A DNA stretch of 61,426 nt, filler included. It is 7 parts of 7 records of this genome, joined end to end, with 100 filler letters (N's around TTAATTAATTAA, not from the genome) between each part and the next. Parts side by side here need not be neighbours in the genome. Positions count along the whole stretch, not along the records: positions 32,408 to 39,426 come from SRR31147125_33750; positions 39,527 to 55,214 come from SRR31147125_33760; 5 more parts are not named here. One strand, 5' to 3'. The notes beneath the pieces are model-generated. The model saw only the letters and a program-made list of their open reading frames with translations, did no database searches and was not told where the DNA came from. The stretch's first letter is position 1; every line of letters starts with the position of its first letter. Made by a program: the position numbers and the translations under genes. Below, in pieces: positions 33,596 through 43,871 of the stretch.

Positions 33596-35308
33596 CTATT
33601 CCGGCTTCAGGAAGCCACTTAAAAATCTACCGATAATCAGAGACAGCAAAACGGTGAGAATTATGAGCAGGGAACCGTAGGCCATTGCCAGGCCGATGTT
33701 ATATTCGAAAATACCGTTTACCATGGCAATGGAAATCGGCTTGTTGGAAGCGTTGTAGAGAAATACGGAGACCGTGTATTCTCCGATGCTCCTGATAAAA
33801 ACCAGCAGAAACCCGGCCAGAATCCCGGGAGACAACACCGGCAGGATAATCTTTGTGAAGGTCTCGAAGTTATTCGCTCCCAGGCTTTTCGAGGCCTCAA
33901 TATACCCGTCGTTCAATTTTCCGAACGAGACGTTGATCGTCCTGATAATGATTGGCAGCGATTTGATCAGGTAGCCAAGCGGCAGCAGTATCGAACTGCC
34001 GACCAGAACGGCGCTGAAAGAAAACAGTGACGGCTCGTTAAAGGCGTTAATGATGTTTATCGCGATAGCACTCGGCGGAACCGCCCACGGAAGAATCGTG
34101 AGTATCTCAATAAGCCACCTCAGCCGGATGCGGGACCTGACGATAATAAAAGAAGAAGGCAGTGCGATGAGCACCCCTGCACCCGCCGCCGCAAGCGCCA
34201 TTATGATGCTGTTCAGGAACGGCTCCAGTTTCCTGGATCTAGAAAAGATATCGATATAATTCTGGAGCGAGAAATCATCCGGATAGTAGCTCACCATCCA
34301 CGAGCCCGACGGGACGAAGGAGAGCAGGATAATCGTCGCGACAGGCAGCAGAATGGTCACGATCACGATGCCCGTTGTCAGCAAGACGATACACCTCACT
34401 GCGCCATTGCGTATTTTGACCGGTTGAATCGGAACCATTTTCACCGAAGCGGTAAAACGGGTTTTTCCCTCATAGAACCTGAACACACTGAACAGAGCGA
34501 GTGAGATGACAACCAGGACGACCACCTGGGTCGCTGCAATATTCATATAATTGTTGGCTTTTGCCAGGAGGATCTGGGTGGTCAGGACCTTGAACCCTCC
34601 CCCGATGATACTGGGTGCGGTAAACGACCCTATTCCCGTCATGAACGTCATGGCACTGGCTGCAATAAGGGCCGGAGACAGAAACGGGACGATGATGGTC
34701 ATGAGAATCCTGCTCTTCGAAGCACCCAGACTCCTCGCGCTCTCGACAACCGAAACATCAATGTGTTTCAGGGCTAGAGAGACCGTTATATAGAAATAGA
34801 CGTACTGGGTATACGCATGGATAAACAGAATACCGGGCAGTCCGGAGATCCTGAAGGGGGGATTTTCCAGTCCCAGCATGAACTGAAGCGTTTTCGTAAC
34901 AAGGCCGCTCTCGCCGTAAAGCTGCACAAACGAAAAGACGATAATGATACCCGGCAGCAGCATCGGTAACAGCAGGAGTTTGTCAATGACCGGTTTGCAG
35001 GGGAATTCAAAGAAATGGACCAGAAAGGCAAGCAACGTACCGACGATGCCGCACACGAGCATCGTCAGAAAACCGAGCACGATCGAGTTAACAATCGGTT
35101 CCCTGTAGGAATCACTGATAAACAGGAGCAGATATGTCGCCGCCGACAGGGTCTCGTCCTTCAGCAGGCTGACCTCAAGGGTTTTCAGGACCGGGAAGAG
35201 AATGTAGCCGACAAGAAAGAAAAGCAGGGCCGCGATTCCCGCAACCTGCAGTATCCTTCGACTCCTGACGATCATCTCGCCCCCATTGGAATTACTGCTC
35301 AAGCGCAC
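33596..35308 (-). CDS. ABC transporter permease, FbpB/ThiP type (two fused halves)
   Basis: Two EAA motifs (ESARSLGA and EASKSLGA) and many TM segments. Confidence 0.92.
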   Translation of the reverse strand: MRLSSNSNGGEMIVRSRRILQVAGIAALLFFLVGYILFPVLKTLEVSLLKDETLSAATYLLLFISDSYREPIVNSIVLGFLTMLVCGIVGTLLAFLVHFFEFPCKPVIDKLLLLPMLLPGIIIVFSFVQLYGESGLVTKTLQFMLGLENPPFRISGLPGILFIHAYTQYVYFYITVSLALKHIDVSVVESARSLGASKSRILMTIIVPFLSPALIAASAMTFMTGIGSFTAPSIIGGGFKVLTTQILLAKANNYMNIAATQVVVLVVISLALFSVFRFYEGKTRFTASVKMVPIQPVKIRNGAVRCIVLLTTGIVIVTILLPVATIILLSFVPSGSWMVSYYPDDFSLQNYIDIFSRSRKLEPFLNSIIMALAAAGAGVLIALPSSFIIVRSRIRLRWLIEILTILPWAVPPSAIAINIINAFNEPSLFSFSAVLVGSSILLPLGYLIKSLPIIIRTINVSFGKLNDGYIEASKSLGANNFETFTKIILPVLSPGILAGFLLVFIRSIGEYTVSVFLYNASNKPISIAMVNGIFEYNIGLAMAYGSLLIILTVLLSLIIGRFLSGFLKPE

Positions 35309-36336
35309 GAACGGCGTCGTCTGAGAACGTGATCATCACGTCATCTCCAACCTCGAATACTCCCGGAGAAAGCGCGCTATTCAGGACACTTGATGTGAAT
35401 CGGAGTCCTTCTGAGACAAGTGAATAATCGGTCGATATTCCGTTGAACTGCCTGGATTTGACTTGTCCGGCCATGCTGTTGCCGGAAGACACCGGAGCGC
35501 AGGAGGAAACGGTTACGTCCTGCGGCCGGATCGAAATGTATTGGGTGCCGGCCGGCAGGTCCTTGCCGATTTTGATTCTCTGTTCAATATACCAGCAGCC
35601 ATCTTTCCTGCTCACCTCGAACAGATTGGTGTCCCCGACGAACCGGGCGACGAATGAGGTAGCCGGTTGTGCATAGATTTCTTCCGGGGAGCCGACCTGA
35701 ACACACCGCCCATCGTTAAACACGCCGATGCGGTCTGACATCGTCAGCGCTTCCCGCTGATCATGGGTTACAAAAATCGTCGTTATGCCAAGCTTTTTCT
35801 GCAGTGATTTCAGCTCATCTCTCATCCTGTCGCGCAACCTGGCATCAAGGTTCGACAGCGGTTCATCGAGCAGCAGTACCCGTGGTTGCACAACCAGTGA
35901 ACGGGCCAGCGCTACACGCTGCTGCTCCCCTCCTGACAATTCGTTGATATTTCGATTTTCAAAGCCGCTGAGGCCAACGATATCAAGATAGTATCGAGCC
36001 TCCTCACGTATCGCTCTCGACGATTTTTTCGACCTTGAGCCCGTATTCAACGTTCTGACGGACGGTCATGAACGGGAACAGGGCGTAATTCTGGAAAACC
36101 ATGCCGATCTTGCGATTTTCGGCATCGAGCGTGGTTATATCCTGGCCTGCAAGATGAATTGTTCCGTTATCCGGAAAGATGAACCCGGCGATGAGCCTCA
36201 GTATCGTCGTCTTGCCGCAACCGGACGGCCCCAGGAAGGTGAAAAATTCGCCTTCCCGTACCGTCAGATTAATATCGGAACAGGCTGCAACCCCGTTATA
36301 CTTTTTACCGATATGTTCAAGAACAATGTCGCCCAC
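35292..36336 (-). CDS. ABC transporter ATPase, FbpC/PotA type (frameshift near 36027)
   Basis: GPSGCGKT and VFQNYALF in one frame; LSGGEQQR, LLLDEP and TOBE domain in the next. Confidence 0.92.
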
Positions 36337-36407
36337 ACATCACCATGGTGCTCACTGCTGAGGCGGGCGAACCGGGGAAGGTGCCGCCCGCCGCATAGGA
36401 GAGACTA

Positions 36408-37436
36408 TTATTTTTTATCCTTGCTGCTGTCCTTTACTTCAGTATCCCATTTCTGCATCCAGGCCGATTGTTTTGAGGCAAGATCCTGCCAGTCGACATC
36501 CATTACTTTGAACGTGGTCTCAGCCATCCACTTCGGTGAATCGGCAAGGGCGTCGGGATGAGTCGGCAGCCGGTTGAATTTGTTCGCAAGCAGTGCCTGG
36601 GTCTGAGCACTTCCGGCAAATTCTATAAACGCTCGTGCAGCCTCGGGACGTTTCGCGCCTTTGATCAGGGCGATGCCATCGGTAATGACCGGTGATCCGC
36701 TTTGCGCATCAATCACTTCAAGAGGCATCTTGTTATTAATCTTATTATCAATTATGGAATTGAGCACCATAAAGCTGACTGCGGCCTCCTTTCTGCCGAC
36801 AGCCTGGAACATCAGCGAGCCGCTTCCGTAATACTGTTTGGTGTTCGCATCTATAGCCTTGAGAAACGCCCAGCCGTCGTCAAGCTGCCCCTTTTTCTCA
36901 AACTGCTGCAAAAGGGAGGAGTACGTTGCGCGAGCCGAGGAGGAAAGCGCATTCCTGAAGACCAGTTTCCCCTTATACTGCGCATCCTGCAGGTTGCTCC
37001 AGTCCTTCGGAGCCTCTTCTTTTGAAAGCATTTCGCTGTTATAGAACATCATTACGGGCGTCTGGATCGTCCCATACCAGGTGTTGTCGCTATCCTTGAA
37101 AAGAGGGTCGATCTTGCCTGCCCAGCTCGGCGTGAAGGCTTCGAAAAGGCCCTCCCCTTTCAATTCAAGATACACCGACGACGGGGCCCCGTACATGACA
37201 TCTGACTGGGGGTTGGTCTTCTCGGCCCTGACCCTGTCCGCAAGCGCACCTTTCAGGTTGATAAAGTCTACCTTTACCCCGGTCTCTTCGGTAAACGCAT
37301 CGGCCACCACCTCGAGCATGGATTCTCCATGCGTTGAATAGACGACGACCTTGTCCTCGAGCTGGGCTGATGCCGAAACGACGGACAATGCGGTGAATGC
37401 GAAAGCAACAACGCTACCAAGCAGTTTTGTTCTCAT
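36408..37436 (-). CDS. ABC transporter substrate-binding protein (Fe3+/thiamine/2-AEP-binding-like family)
   Basis: Signal peptide, AEKTNPQSDV, PKDW and ARAFIEF; operon with ATPase and permease. Confidence 0.9.
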   Translation of the reverse strand: MRTKLLGSVVAFAFTALSVVSASAQLEDKVVVYSTHGESMLEVVADAFTEETGVKVDFINLKGALADRVRAEKTNPQSDVMYGAPSSVYLELKGEGLFEAFTPSWAGKIDPLFKDSDNTWYGTIQTPVMMFYNSEMLSKEEAPKDWSNLQDAQYKGKLVFRNALSSSARATYSSLLQQFEKKGQLDDGWAFLKAIDANTKQYYGSGSLMFQAVGRKEAAVSFMVLNSIIDNKINNKMPLEVIDAQSGSPVITDGIALIKGAKRPEAARAFIEFAGSAQTQALLANKFNRLPTHPDALADSPKWMAETTFKVMDVDWQDLASKQSAWMQKWDTEVKDSSKDKK

Positions 37437-37508
37437 GGTTCTCTCCTATTTTTTTAGAGTTGAAAGAGCAAACAGTGCGCGGGTCGACCCTTCTGCCGCC
37501 GCTCCCTG

Positions 37509-38345
37509 TCAGCCCACATTCTTCAGGTACGGATCGTTGACCAGGAGATGCTGTTCAACAAGCTCCCGGGTTGTTTGTATCTCTTCAAAAGAATCAAGTT
37601 CAATTGTCCACCAGCGGCAGTCGGTTTCGATCAGCCTGTCGACGATATCACCGAGGATGCACATATCCCGAGGTGCGTGATGCCTGTCGGTTTCCGATTC
37701 ATACAGGTGAACCTCCTGGAGCTTTTCCTCAAACAGTACGATGATGTCACGAACCGAGAACTCCCCTCTTCGCACACCATCACAGGAAACCGCGTGACCG
37801 ACGTCAAGGGTTATGCCGGCGCCGCTTTGCCTGCACCAGTCGACAACGGTGCGGGGGTTGCTCGTCACCCCCTGCTTGAGATTTTCCAATGCCACGGAGA
37901 TCCCGAGGCCCGATGCATGTTCAACAATTCTGGAAAGATTTGAAACCGCGTGTCTCCGGTCAATTTCTCTTCCCGGCGTCAAACCGATATGTACTGTAAC
38001 ATGCGGTTCACCAATGCCTCTGATTGCGTCAAGGTATCGGAGATGGAATTGTGTTGCCTGCTCCGCGACAACACGGTTCGCATCGGCAATTTCATACTGC
38101 GGGAAGTAGGCGTGATGACGTATCGTCACCCCATTATCCAGGTACGGGGCAATATGCAGGGGGATAGCGGTTAAATCTGAAGGATCGGGGCTATATTCCA
38201 TCGCCAGCCCTTGGTTGGCTATCCATTCAGGCTTGTCCGGAAAAGAATGAAAATGTGCGGAAACAGCAAGGACGACAGCGTGTACATTGGTATTTACCAG
38301 AGCCGCTTGAGACAAATCTGTTGAGCATGCAGTACGAGAGAGCAT
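37509..38345 (-). CDS. Xylose isomerase-like/AP endonuclease 2 TIM-barrel metalloprotein (start uncertain)
   Basis: TVHIG, LENL, TLDVGH, EVHLYE and WTIEL metal-ligand pattern. Confidence 0.8.
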   Translation of the reverse strand: MLSRTACSTDLSQAALVNTNVHAVVLAVSAHFHSFPDKPEWIANQGLAMEYSPDPSDLTAIPLHIAPYLDNGVTIRHHAYFPQYEIADANRVVAEQATQFHLRYLDAIRGIGEPHVTVHIGLTPGREIDRRHAVSNLSRIVEHASGLGISVALENLKQGVTSNPRTVVDWCRQSGAGITLDVGHAVSCDGVRRGEFSVRDIIVLFEEKLQEVHLYESETDRHHAPRDMCILGDIVDRLIETDCRWWTIELDSFEEIQTTRELVEQHLLVNDPYLKNVG

Positions 38346-38609
38346 TTCAGGGATTATTGACTGGTAGTATTGATTAGAAAACAGGCACACAGGTAGTAGG
38401 CACCGACATGAAGTTTCCGAATAGTTACATGAGTTTTATCCATTGGTCAAATCGGCATTACCTATGGTTTATGCCCAATCTATAGCGTCCGCCAGGGTGA
38501 CAGTTTGTCGACGTTATAATCAACGGGACAGACACAGAATTTTCATACTGCGGGTATCAGCTACAGCCTGCTATCCTGGGTCGCTTTTGAGTTTGTCCGG
38601 CAGGACGAC

Positions 38610-38733
38610 TCGATCTTTTCTATTGGGCCTCATTAACGCAATCGGAATTGTGGCTGTCATATACGTTTTGTTCTATCTCTTTCTCGATTATTTTATTCCC
38701 GAGGGTTTGCTGTTTTGGTCTTACCCCCTATAG
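38610..38733 (+). pseudogene. TctB-like C-terminal remnant
   Basis: AIGIVAVIYVLFYLFLDYFIPEGLLF resembles a TctB terminal helix with PxG; upstream sequence is not coding-like. Confidence 0.5.
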
Positions 38734-38790
38734 GTGGACAGTCTGTTAAGCTGCATTTTTAAATTGTTCTCCATTCTCCCTCGTATTTCC
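38716..38790 (-). mobile_element. IS3-family right-end remnant
   Basis: Terminus TGGTCTTACCCCCTATAGGTGGACAG (TG end), preceded on the minus strand by a degenerate KYE..KNAA-stop transposase-like tail. Confidence 0.6.
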
Positions 38791-38979
38791 TAATCGTCCT
38801 CTGTTCTCTATAATTTTAGCCCCAGAACCCTTCCGTGGGGAACCTCTCGTTTAATCAGTTTCTTCAATTTGGAGGATAATCAGGAGAAATATATTATCAC
38901 AGGTGTAGTCGTTTACCGTGGATTGGCAAAGGATACATTCGTCTAGTGGAAATCAAACTTCAGTGTTTTTCGGCATCAA

Positions 38980-39138
38980 TTACGCCAGACACCCACCGTC
39001 AATGTTAATAGTTTGACCCGTAATATAAGCGGCATCAGAACTGGCCAAGAAGAGAGCTAACCGGGCAACTTCAGTTTCTGATACTCCTCGTTGAAGCGGA
39101 ATGTTGGCTTTCCGTTGCTCGATTTGCTCGTCATCGAT
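38980..39138 (-). pseudogene. Short-chain dehydrogenase C-terminal remnant
   Basis: [56 protein letters not shown], no start codon. Confidence 0.85.
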
Positions 39139-39140
39139 CT

Positions 39141-39416
39141 ATATCCTGCCTCATCGCTGATCAAAAAATGGACGGCATTGGCGATATTCTCAACTTCACC
39201 GAGACCGAGCGGTACCGTGCTTTCAAGCTCAGCAAGTTTTTCAGGTCCATGTACCTTGATGAGCATATCGGTTTCGATGATACCGGGTGCAATTGCGTTG
39301 ACGGTTATACCGTATTTGGATCCGGTGCGTGCCAGTGTTTTAATGAACCCAAGTTGAGCACTTTTAGTGGCGGCGTAGTGAACATGCCCAAACAAAGCGC
39401 CTTGATTTTGAACCAA
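39141..39416 (-). pseudogene. Short-chain dehydrogenase fragment, 3' truncated
   Basis: YAATK and ITVNAIAPG motifs; breaks at FLISDEAGY where the other SDR remnant begins out of frame. Confidence 0.8.
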
Positions 39417-39426
39417 AATCCGAATT

Positions 39427-39526
39427 NNNNNNNNNNNNNNNNNNNNNNNNNNNNNNNNNNNNNNNNNNNNTTAATTAATTAANNNNNNNNNNNNNNNNNN
39501 NNNNNNNNNNNNNNNNNNNNNNNNNN
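39427..39526. other. Artificial contig linker
   Basis: N44-TTAATTAATTAA-N44. Confidence 0.98.
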
Positions 39527-39528
39527 AT

Positions 39529-39756
39529 CTATTTGGAGATATGGGGTTATCTCCTCAAAAGGAAGTCCGTAAAGATGATGCAAATAATTGCCGCAAGAGA
39601 CCGTCGGATACCGGGAATGCATCCGGGGAACATGGCAACATTGAAGTGATGACGAAAAAATTGGAAAGGATTGATCGGGTTATGGATCGAATCAATGACA
39701 GATTCGGGCGTGCCGTGGTTAGTAAGGCAACCTTAGCATCACCCGAACGCGATTAA
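39529..39756 (+). CDS. dinB: DNA polymerase IV C-terminal tail (5' cut by contig edge)
   Basis: LF end of a clamp-binding motif and IDRVMDRINDRFG..V..A tail. Confidence 0.65.
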   Translation, partial: LFGDMGLSPQKEVRKDDANNCRKRPSDTGNASGEHGNIEVMTKKLERIDRVMDRINDRFGRAVVSKATLASPERD

Positions 39757-39840
39757 GAATAATAGTCTCTTTCAATGTGAAAAAGTTTATATTTTATCGA
39801 CTTGCAAAATCAATTCCAAATCAATTTTCCAGATTGCGAA

Positions 39841-41394
39841 TTACCGGAACTGTAATCCAGTCGTACTCCAGGTATAATCATTGCTCTCGTTAGTTCCTTG
39901 GTAAGCCATTGTTGCGGACATGCTCTGACCAGCAAACTCGACACAATTTATGGAAATATCAAAATTCTCTGCAATAGTACTGCTGTGGGAAGATGAACCG
40001 TCAACAATAGAGGCATTTAACAATTTCCACAGCATTCTGGATTGTTCATCATACCCAATGAACTGAAAGTTCACTGAAAGATAGAGAGTCCCATTAGGAT
40101 CGACGTATTTCATACTGGAGATGGAGAGTTCCAAATCCGTCGAAAGTTGAGCACTTGGCACATCAACGAACACGACTTTATTCGGATTCAGATTTGTGGA
40201 AACGGTTTCATCAATGGAGTTATCACCTGTGTTAAGAATAACCACTTCAGCATCAGTTCCGTTACATACCCAAAGCATCCCGTTTGCATCTGCATAGGTA
40301 CCGGCCTGCATGCCGGAGATATTTTTCCCAGTCAGATATTCATTGGCCACGCCTGAAACTTGGCCGGTTGCGGGATTGAAACTATAAAGCGAGTTATCCC
40401 CATATCCGGCATACCCGATGAAATATCCGGTTTCCGGCGATACAATGCTCATACCGGAGATGTTGCCATATGGATGAGTGTCTGCATCCCCATCATCGAG
40501 AATTTGGAAGACGGCATAGGTGTCAGGGTCAATAGTAACAATACCGCCGGTGTATTCCGGATCTCTTCCTGTCCAACTGCTTCCGTAATCCCCCACTCCC
40601 TGTACATATACCATATTATTGTCGGCAAGGTACTGAATGGCCCCCACATTTCTCACCGGAAGCACGATCCCCATCAAATTATCCGAATTGGAAGTGCCGG
40701 TAGAAATCTCCTGATCGGTGGTGGTGTCAAACACCGCCACATAGGAATCGTTCGATGGAACCCAACTGTTGTCTCGATCCAATCGCTGCATGGCGATAAA
40801 GAGTTTACCGTTTGCAATGACGGCACTGGTCATCTCAGGGATACCATCACCGTCGGCATACGCTGAAAGATCCAGCTCTCCAATCTTGAAATCGGCCTGC
40901 GTAGCGGCGGACGGATTGACAATCCAAGCCTGTGTGCTGCCGTATCGGATCAAATAGGCCTTTTGATCGCTCACAAACACCAGGTCATGGGGATTGGCGC
41001 TGGCGGCCTCGGCATCATCCATTGTTGAGAATTGCCAAATGGGCGTATCAGGTTCAGCGATGTCGAATTTGGTAATGTTGTCTGCCTGAAATCTCTCGAC
41101 CCGATAGAAAAAACTACCATGGGCGAATACAGATACATCCGACGTACTTGTCGGCAACAAATCCGTTTGAACCGCTCTAGGGCCTCCAGCCGGTTCCGTG
41201 TCGATTACGGCATGTGCGGCACTGGAATAGTCCGCTGCGACTGTTGTAGCGACCGCCTTCATGGCACAGATTCCCGAAACCGGAAATGCGATCATCAGCG
41301 TAAGAATCATTGCTGCAACAGTCAGCATGGTCGGGGTTTTTCTTAAGCGTTTTCCATCCATTTTTTTCATACAAATTCCTCCATTCACATTCAT
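39841..41394 (-). CDS. Secreted beta-propeller-like protein, candidate corrinoid-binding; duplicated C-terminal domain
   Basis: N-terminal hydrophobic signal; NPHDLVFVSDQKAY, MQRLD and NPNKVVF blade-like motifs; downstream of the riboswitch-led TonB receptor. Confidence 0.75.
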   Translation of the reverse strand: MNVNGGICMKKMDGKRLRKTPTMLTVAAMILTLMIAFPVSGICAMKAVATTVAADYSSAAHAVIDTEPAGGPRAVQTDLLPTSTSDVSVFAHGSFFYRVERFQADNITKFDIAEPDTPIWQFSTMDDAEAASANPHDLVFVSDQKAYLIRYGSTQAWIVNPSAATQADFKIGELDLSAYADGDGIPEMTSAVIANGKLFIAMQRLDRDNSWVPSNDSYVAVFDTTTDQEISTGTSNSDNLMGIVLPVRNVGAIQYLADNNMVYVQGVGDYGSSWTGRDPEYTGGIVTIDPDTYAVFQILDDGDADTHPYGNISGMSIVSPETGYFIGYAGYGDNSLYSFNPATGQVSGVANEYLTGKNISGMQAGTYADANGMLWVCNGTDAEVVILNTGDNSIDETVSTNLNPNKVVFVDVPSAQLSTDLELSISSMKYVDPNGTLYLSVNFQFIGYDEQSRMLWKLLNASIVDGSSSHSSTIAENFDISINCVEFAGQSMSATMAYQGTNESNDYTWSTTGLQFR

Positions 41395-41452
41395 TAATTA
41401 TTGTTAAGGATATTCAGAAAAACCGAACCGGATCGGATCGGATACCTTCTTT

Positions 41453-41482
41453 TCACAAACTCATCCCGTGATGAGTTTGCGA
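41453..41482. repeat. Intergenic hairpin without U tract
   Basis: CAAACTCATC-CCGT-GATGAGTTTG just after the receptor stop. Confidence 0.6.
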
Positions 41483-41486
41483 GCCG

Positions 41487-43664
41487 TTAAAAATTGTGTT
41501 TCAAAGAGAGATAGAAGGACTGTCCCGGTGAGGGGTAGCCGTTAAAATCCTCATAATTGTCATCGGTTAGATTTTTCCCCTCAATGGAAACGGTGGTGTG
41601 ATTCCACACTGTGGAGAGTCCCACATTGATGACCTCTTTATCTTCGGCTTCAAGCAGATTGGCAGTATCGTAGTACATCTTCTCTTCCTGAACATACTCT
41701 CCGTAAAGCGTAACTCCTTTGTATCGCATCTCTAAACGTCCTAAACTGGAAAATTCAAAACGCCCCGGCAATGTCTTTCCTTCGAACGCTTTGATATCAC
41801 TTTCGTTTTCCGGATCCTGCCAAGTGAAGTTAAACACACCCCGAAAGTAATTTAGAAATTCAAGTGTCGCTCCTACCTCCACGCCTTGAATCAATGCTCC
41901 GGAAATATTCTCCGATCGACCGATACCTCTTGAGTCATAAACACGACTGATGAGATTGTCCGCATCGGTTCTGAACCATGCAATATTGAGGGTGAAACGG
42001 TCGAATTTCGGGCTTGGATTCCAGAGATTCCACTCCACTCCGATGTCAAAATTGATCCCCTCTTCTTCCAATAGATCCGGGTTGCCGATGATCAATCCAC
42101 GATCTCCAAAGAGTTCGAAAAAAGAAGGTTCCCGGACGTACTTGGCTAGATTACTTCTAAATGTCAGAGTATTTGTCACGGCATACTTAACTCCGATTTG
42201 GGGGATCAGATAATGCTCGTTACGGGATCGCTCTTCCAAAGTACTTCCCCAAATGCCGTCACCGCTTTTGAGTTCATCCTTAAGCAGCGTAAACCGTAGT
42301 CCCGGTGTCACCACTAGATGCTCATCAAGCAAAAAAAGCGAGTCTTGGAGCCCAATAGATCCGGTTTGACGATTGCTGTCTTGGGGATTTTTCGGCTTGA
42401 GATGATCTTCGGTTTCATAGGCTTCCCACATCAGATTGACGGATGCGATCAATGAATGATAGTCCGACAACCATTCAGCAAAAAAATCAGCCCCAAGACG
42501 AGTTGTGGTATAGGTGCTGTACTGCTCTCCGAGTCCGATGTGACCGCCCCGGTCATCATATTTTTCCTCTTTCCAGATGTAGGACAACTGGGAATTTGTG
42601 TTCAGGTGAAGTGCAGAGAGATCATCGGCCGTCAGCCCCACTGTTGTAATGTTCCGAGTAGTATTGAACTCGGCATCGGTCCAGTTTTTGTTGTTCCACA
42701 TGGGAATACCTTGATCTTTTTTAAAGAACTGATTCATGACATCGAAGCGTAAGATGTCTGACAGATCATATCCGGCTTTTGCCAACAGATTGGTCTGGGT
42801 CACTTCAGCGTTGTTTCTATCTTCCCATTGATCATCATCTTTATTCCACTCTGTGCCGTTGTCGTTGAGAAACTCAAAATCGTTGTCCGAGTAAAGATGA
42901 TCAGCGGAGATCAGGTAATCCCACTGTCCCGGGTTATGCTGAATAAGGCCGCTGATCTTTTGGCTATTAAAAGAGCCATAACCGGCAGTGATCGACGCTA
43001 ATGGACGGCTTTTACGGGTATCCGCATCTCCCTCATTTCCATCTTTGTCACTGCCGGAATCGTCTTCAACGCGACGCTTTGCCCTCATTGTCTTAATATT
43101 GACTACACCGCCGATGGATGATTTCCCGAAATTGACAGGAGTGATCCCCCTATAGATCTCTATGGATTCCACATCTGAAAGAGCAATATTACTAAGATCT
43201 ACCCCTCCGCCCGAGGCATCGTTTATAAGGATACCGTCTAAAAATACCATCACCTGATCACTGGAAGATCCCCTCAAAGAGACTGTAGAGTAGCTTCCCA
43301 AACCACCGGATTGCCTCACCTGGACGCCCACTTCCTTTTCAATCACTTCAACCAGATTCTCCGTCTTTCCCTCAAACGCCTCTCTTTGAATGACCGAAAC
43401 AGAAACGGGGGTATTCTCAAGATCCACATCTCCGGTTTGGAAACTCTTATCTGATTGGGTTGCCGTTACGACCACCGTATCCAGAACAACAGCTGCATCA
43501 TTTTTATTAAATGAAGTTTGGCAATAGCCGGTAGAAGCCCCAGTAAATGACAAGACAAGCAGAAAAATACTCCAGGAAAAATGCCTCACTAGGTTTCTTA
43601 TCTCCCAATTTATATGAAAATCCATGTTGCTCAATCGATTCCCACGGAAAACGTATCGTTTCAT
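41487..43664 (-). CDS. btuB: TonB-dependent receptor, probable cobalamin transporter
   Basis: TonB box DTVVVTA, plug LRGS..QV.V.LDG and VESIEIYRG, GNPDL, C-terminal Phe; cobalamin riboswitch upstream. Confidence 0.85.
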   Translation of the reverse strand: MKRYVFRGNRLSNMDFHINWEIRNLVRHFSWSIFLLVLSFTGASTGYCQTSFNKNDAAVVLDTVVVTATQSDKSFQTGDVDLENTPVSVSVIQREAFEGKTENLVEVIEKEVGVQVRQSGGLGSYSTVSLRGSSSDQVMVFLDGILINDASGGGVDLSNIALSDVESIEIYRGITPVNFGKSSIGGVVNIKTMRAKRRVEDDSGSDKDGNEGDADTRKSRPLASITAGYGSFNSQKISGLIQHNPGQWDYLISADHLYSDNDFEFLNDNGTEWNKDDDQWEDRNNAEVTQTNLLAKAGYDLSDILRFDVMNQFFKKDQGIPMWNNKNWTDAEFNTTRNITTVGLTADDLSALHLNTNSQLSYIWKEEKYDDRGGHIGLGEQYSTYTTTRLGADFFAEWLSDYHSLIASVNLMWEAYETEDHLKPKNPQDSNRQTGSIGLQDSLFLLDEHLVVTPGLRFTLLKDELKSGDGIWGSTLEERSRNEHYLIPQIGVKYAVTNTLTFRSNLAKYVREPSFFELFGDRGLIIGNPDLLEEEGINFDIGVEWNLWNPSPKFDRFTLNIAWFRTDADNLISRVYDSRGIGRSENISGALIQGVEVGATLEFLNYFRGVFNFTWQDPENESDIKAFEGKTLPGRFEFSSLGRLEMRYKGVTLYGEYVQEEKMYYDTANLLEAEDKEVINVGLSTVWNHTTVSIEGKNLTDDNYEDFNGYPSPGQSFYLSLKHNF

Positions 43665-43683
43665 CTGATTTCTCTCTTATTAC

Positions 43684-43727
43684 AAAATAAAAATCCCGAA
43701 CCGACGCTTAATTGTCGATCCGGGATT
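43684..43727 (-). terminator. Leader hairpin with U tract, probable riboswitch expression platform
   Basis: Minus strand AATCCCGGATCGAC-loop-GTCGGTTCGGGATT then TTTATTTT, about 20 nt before the ATG. Confidence 0.6.
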
Positions 43728-43871
43728 CCCTTTTTATCCGATAGATCTTGAACCGTTCTCCGACCTCGAGAGTTGTACCGGTAACACTAATTGATTTTCT
43801 ATGATTCCGATATTGAAATACACTTGATTACGGAATTCAAATTTTCATTTTCCGATACAGAGGTTCTTCAA

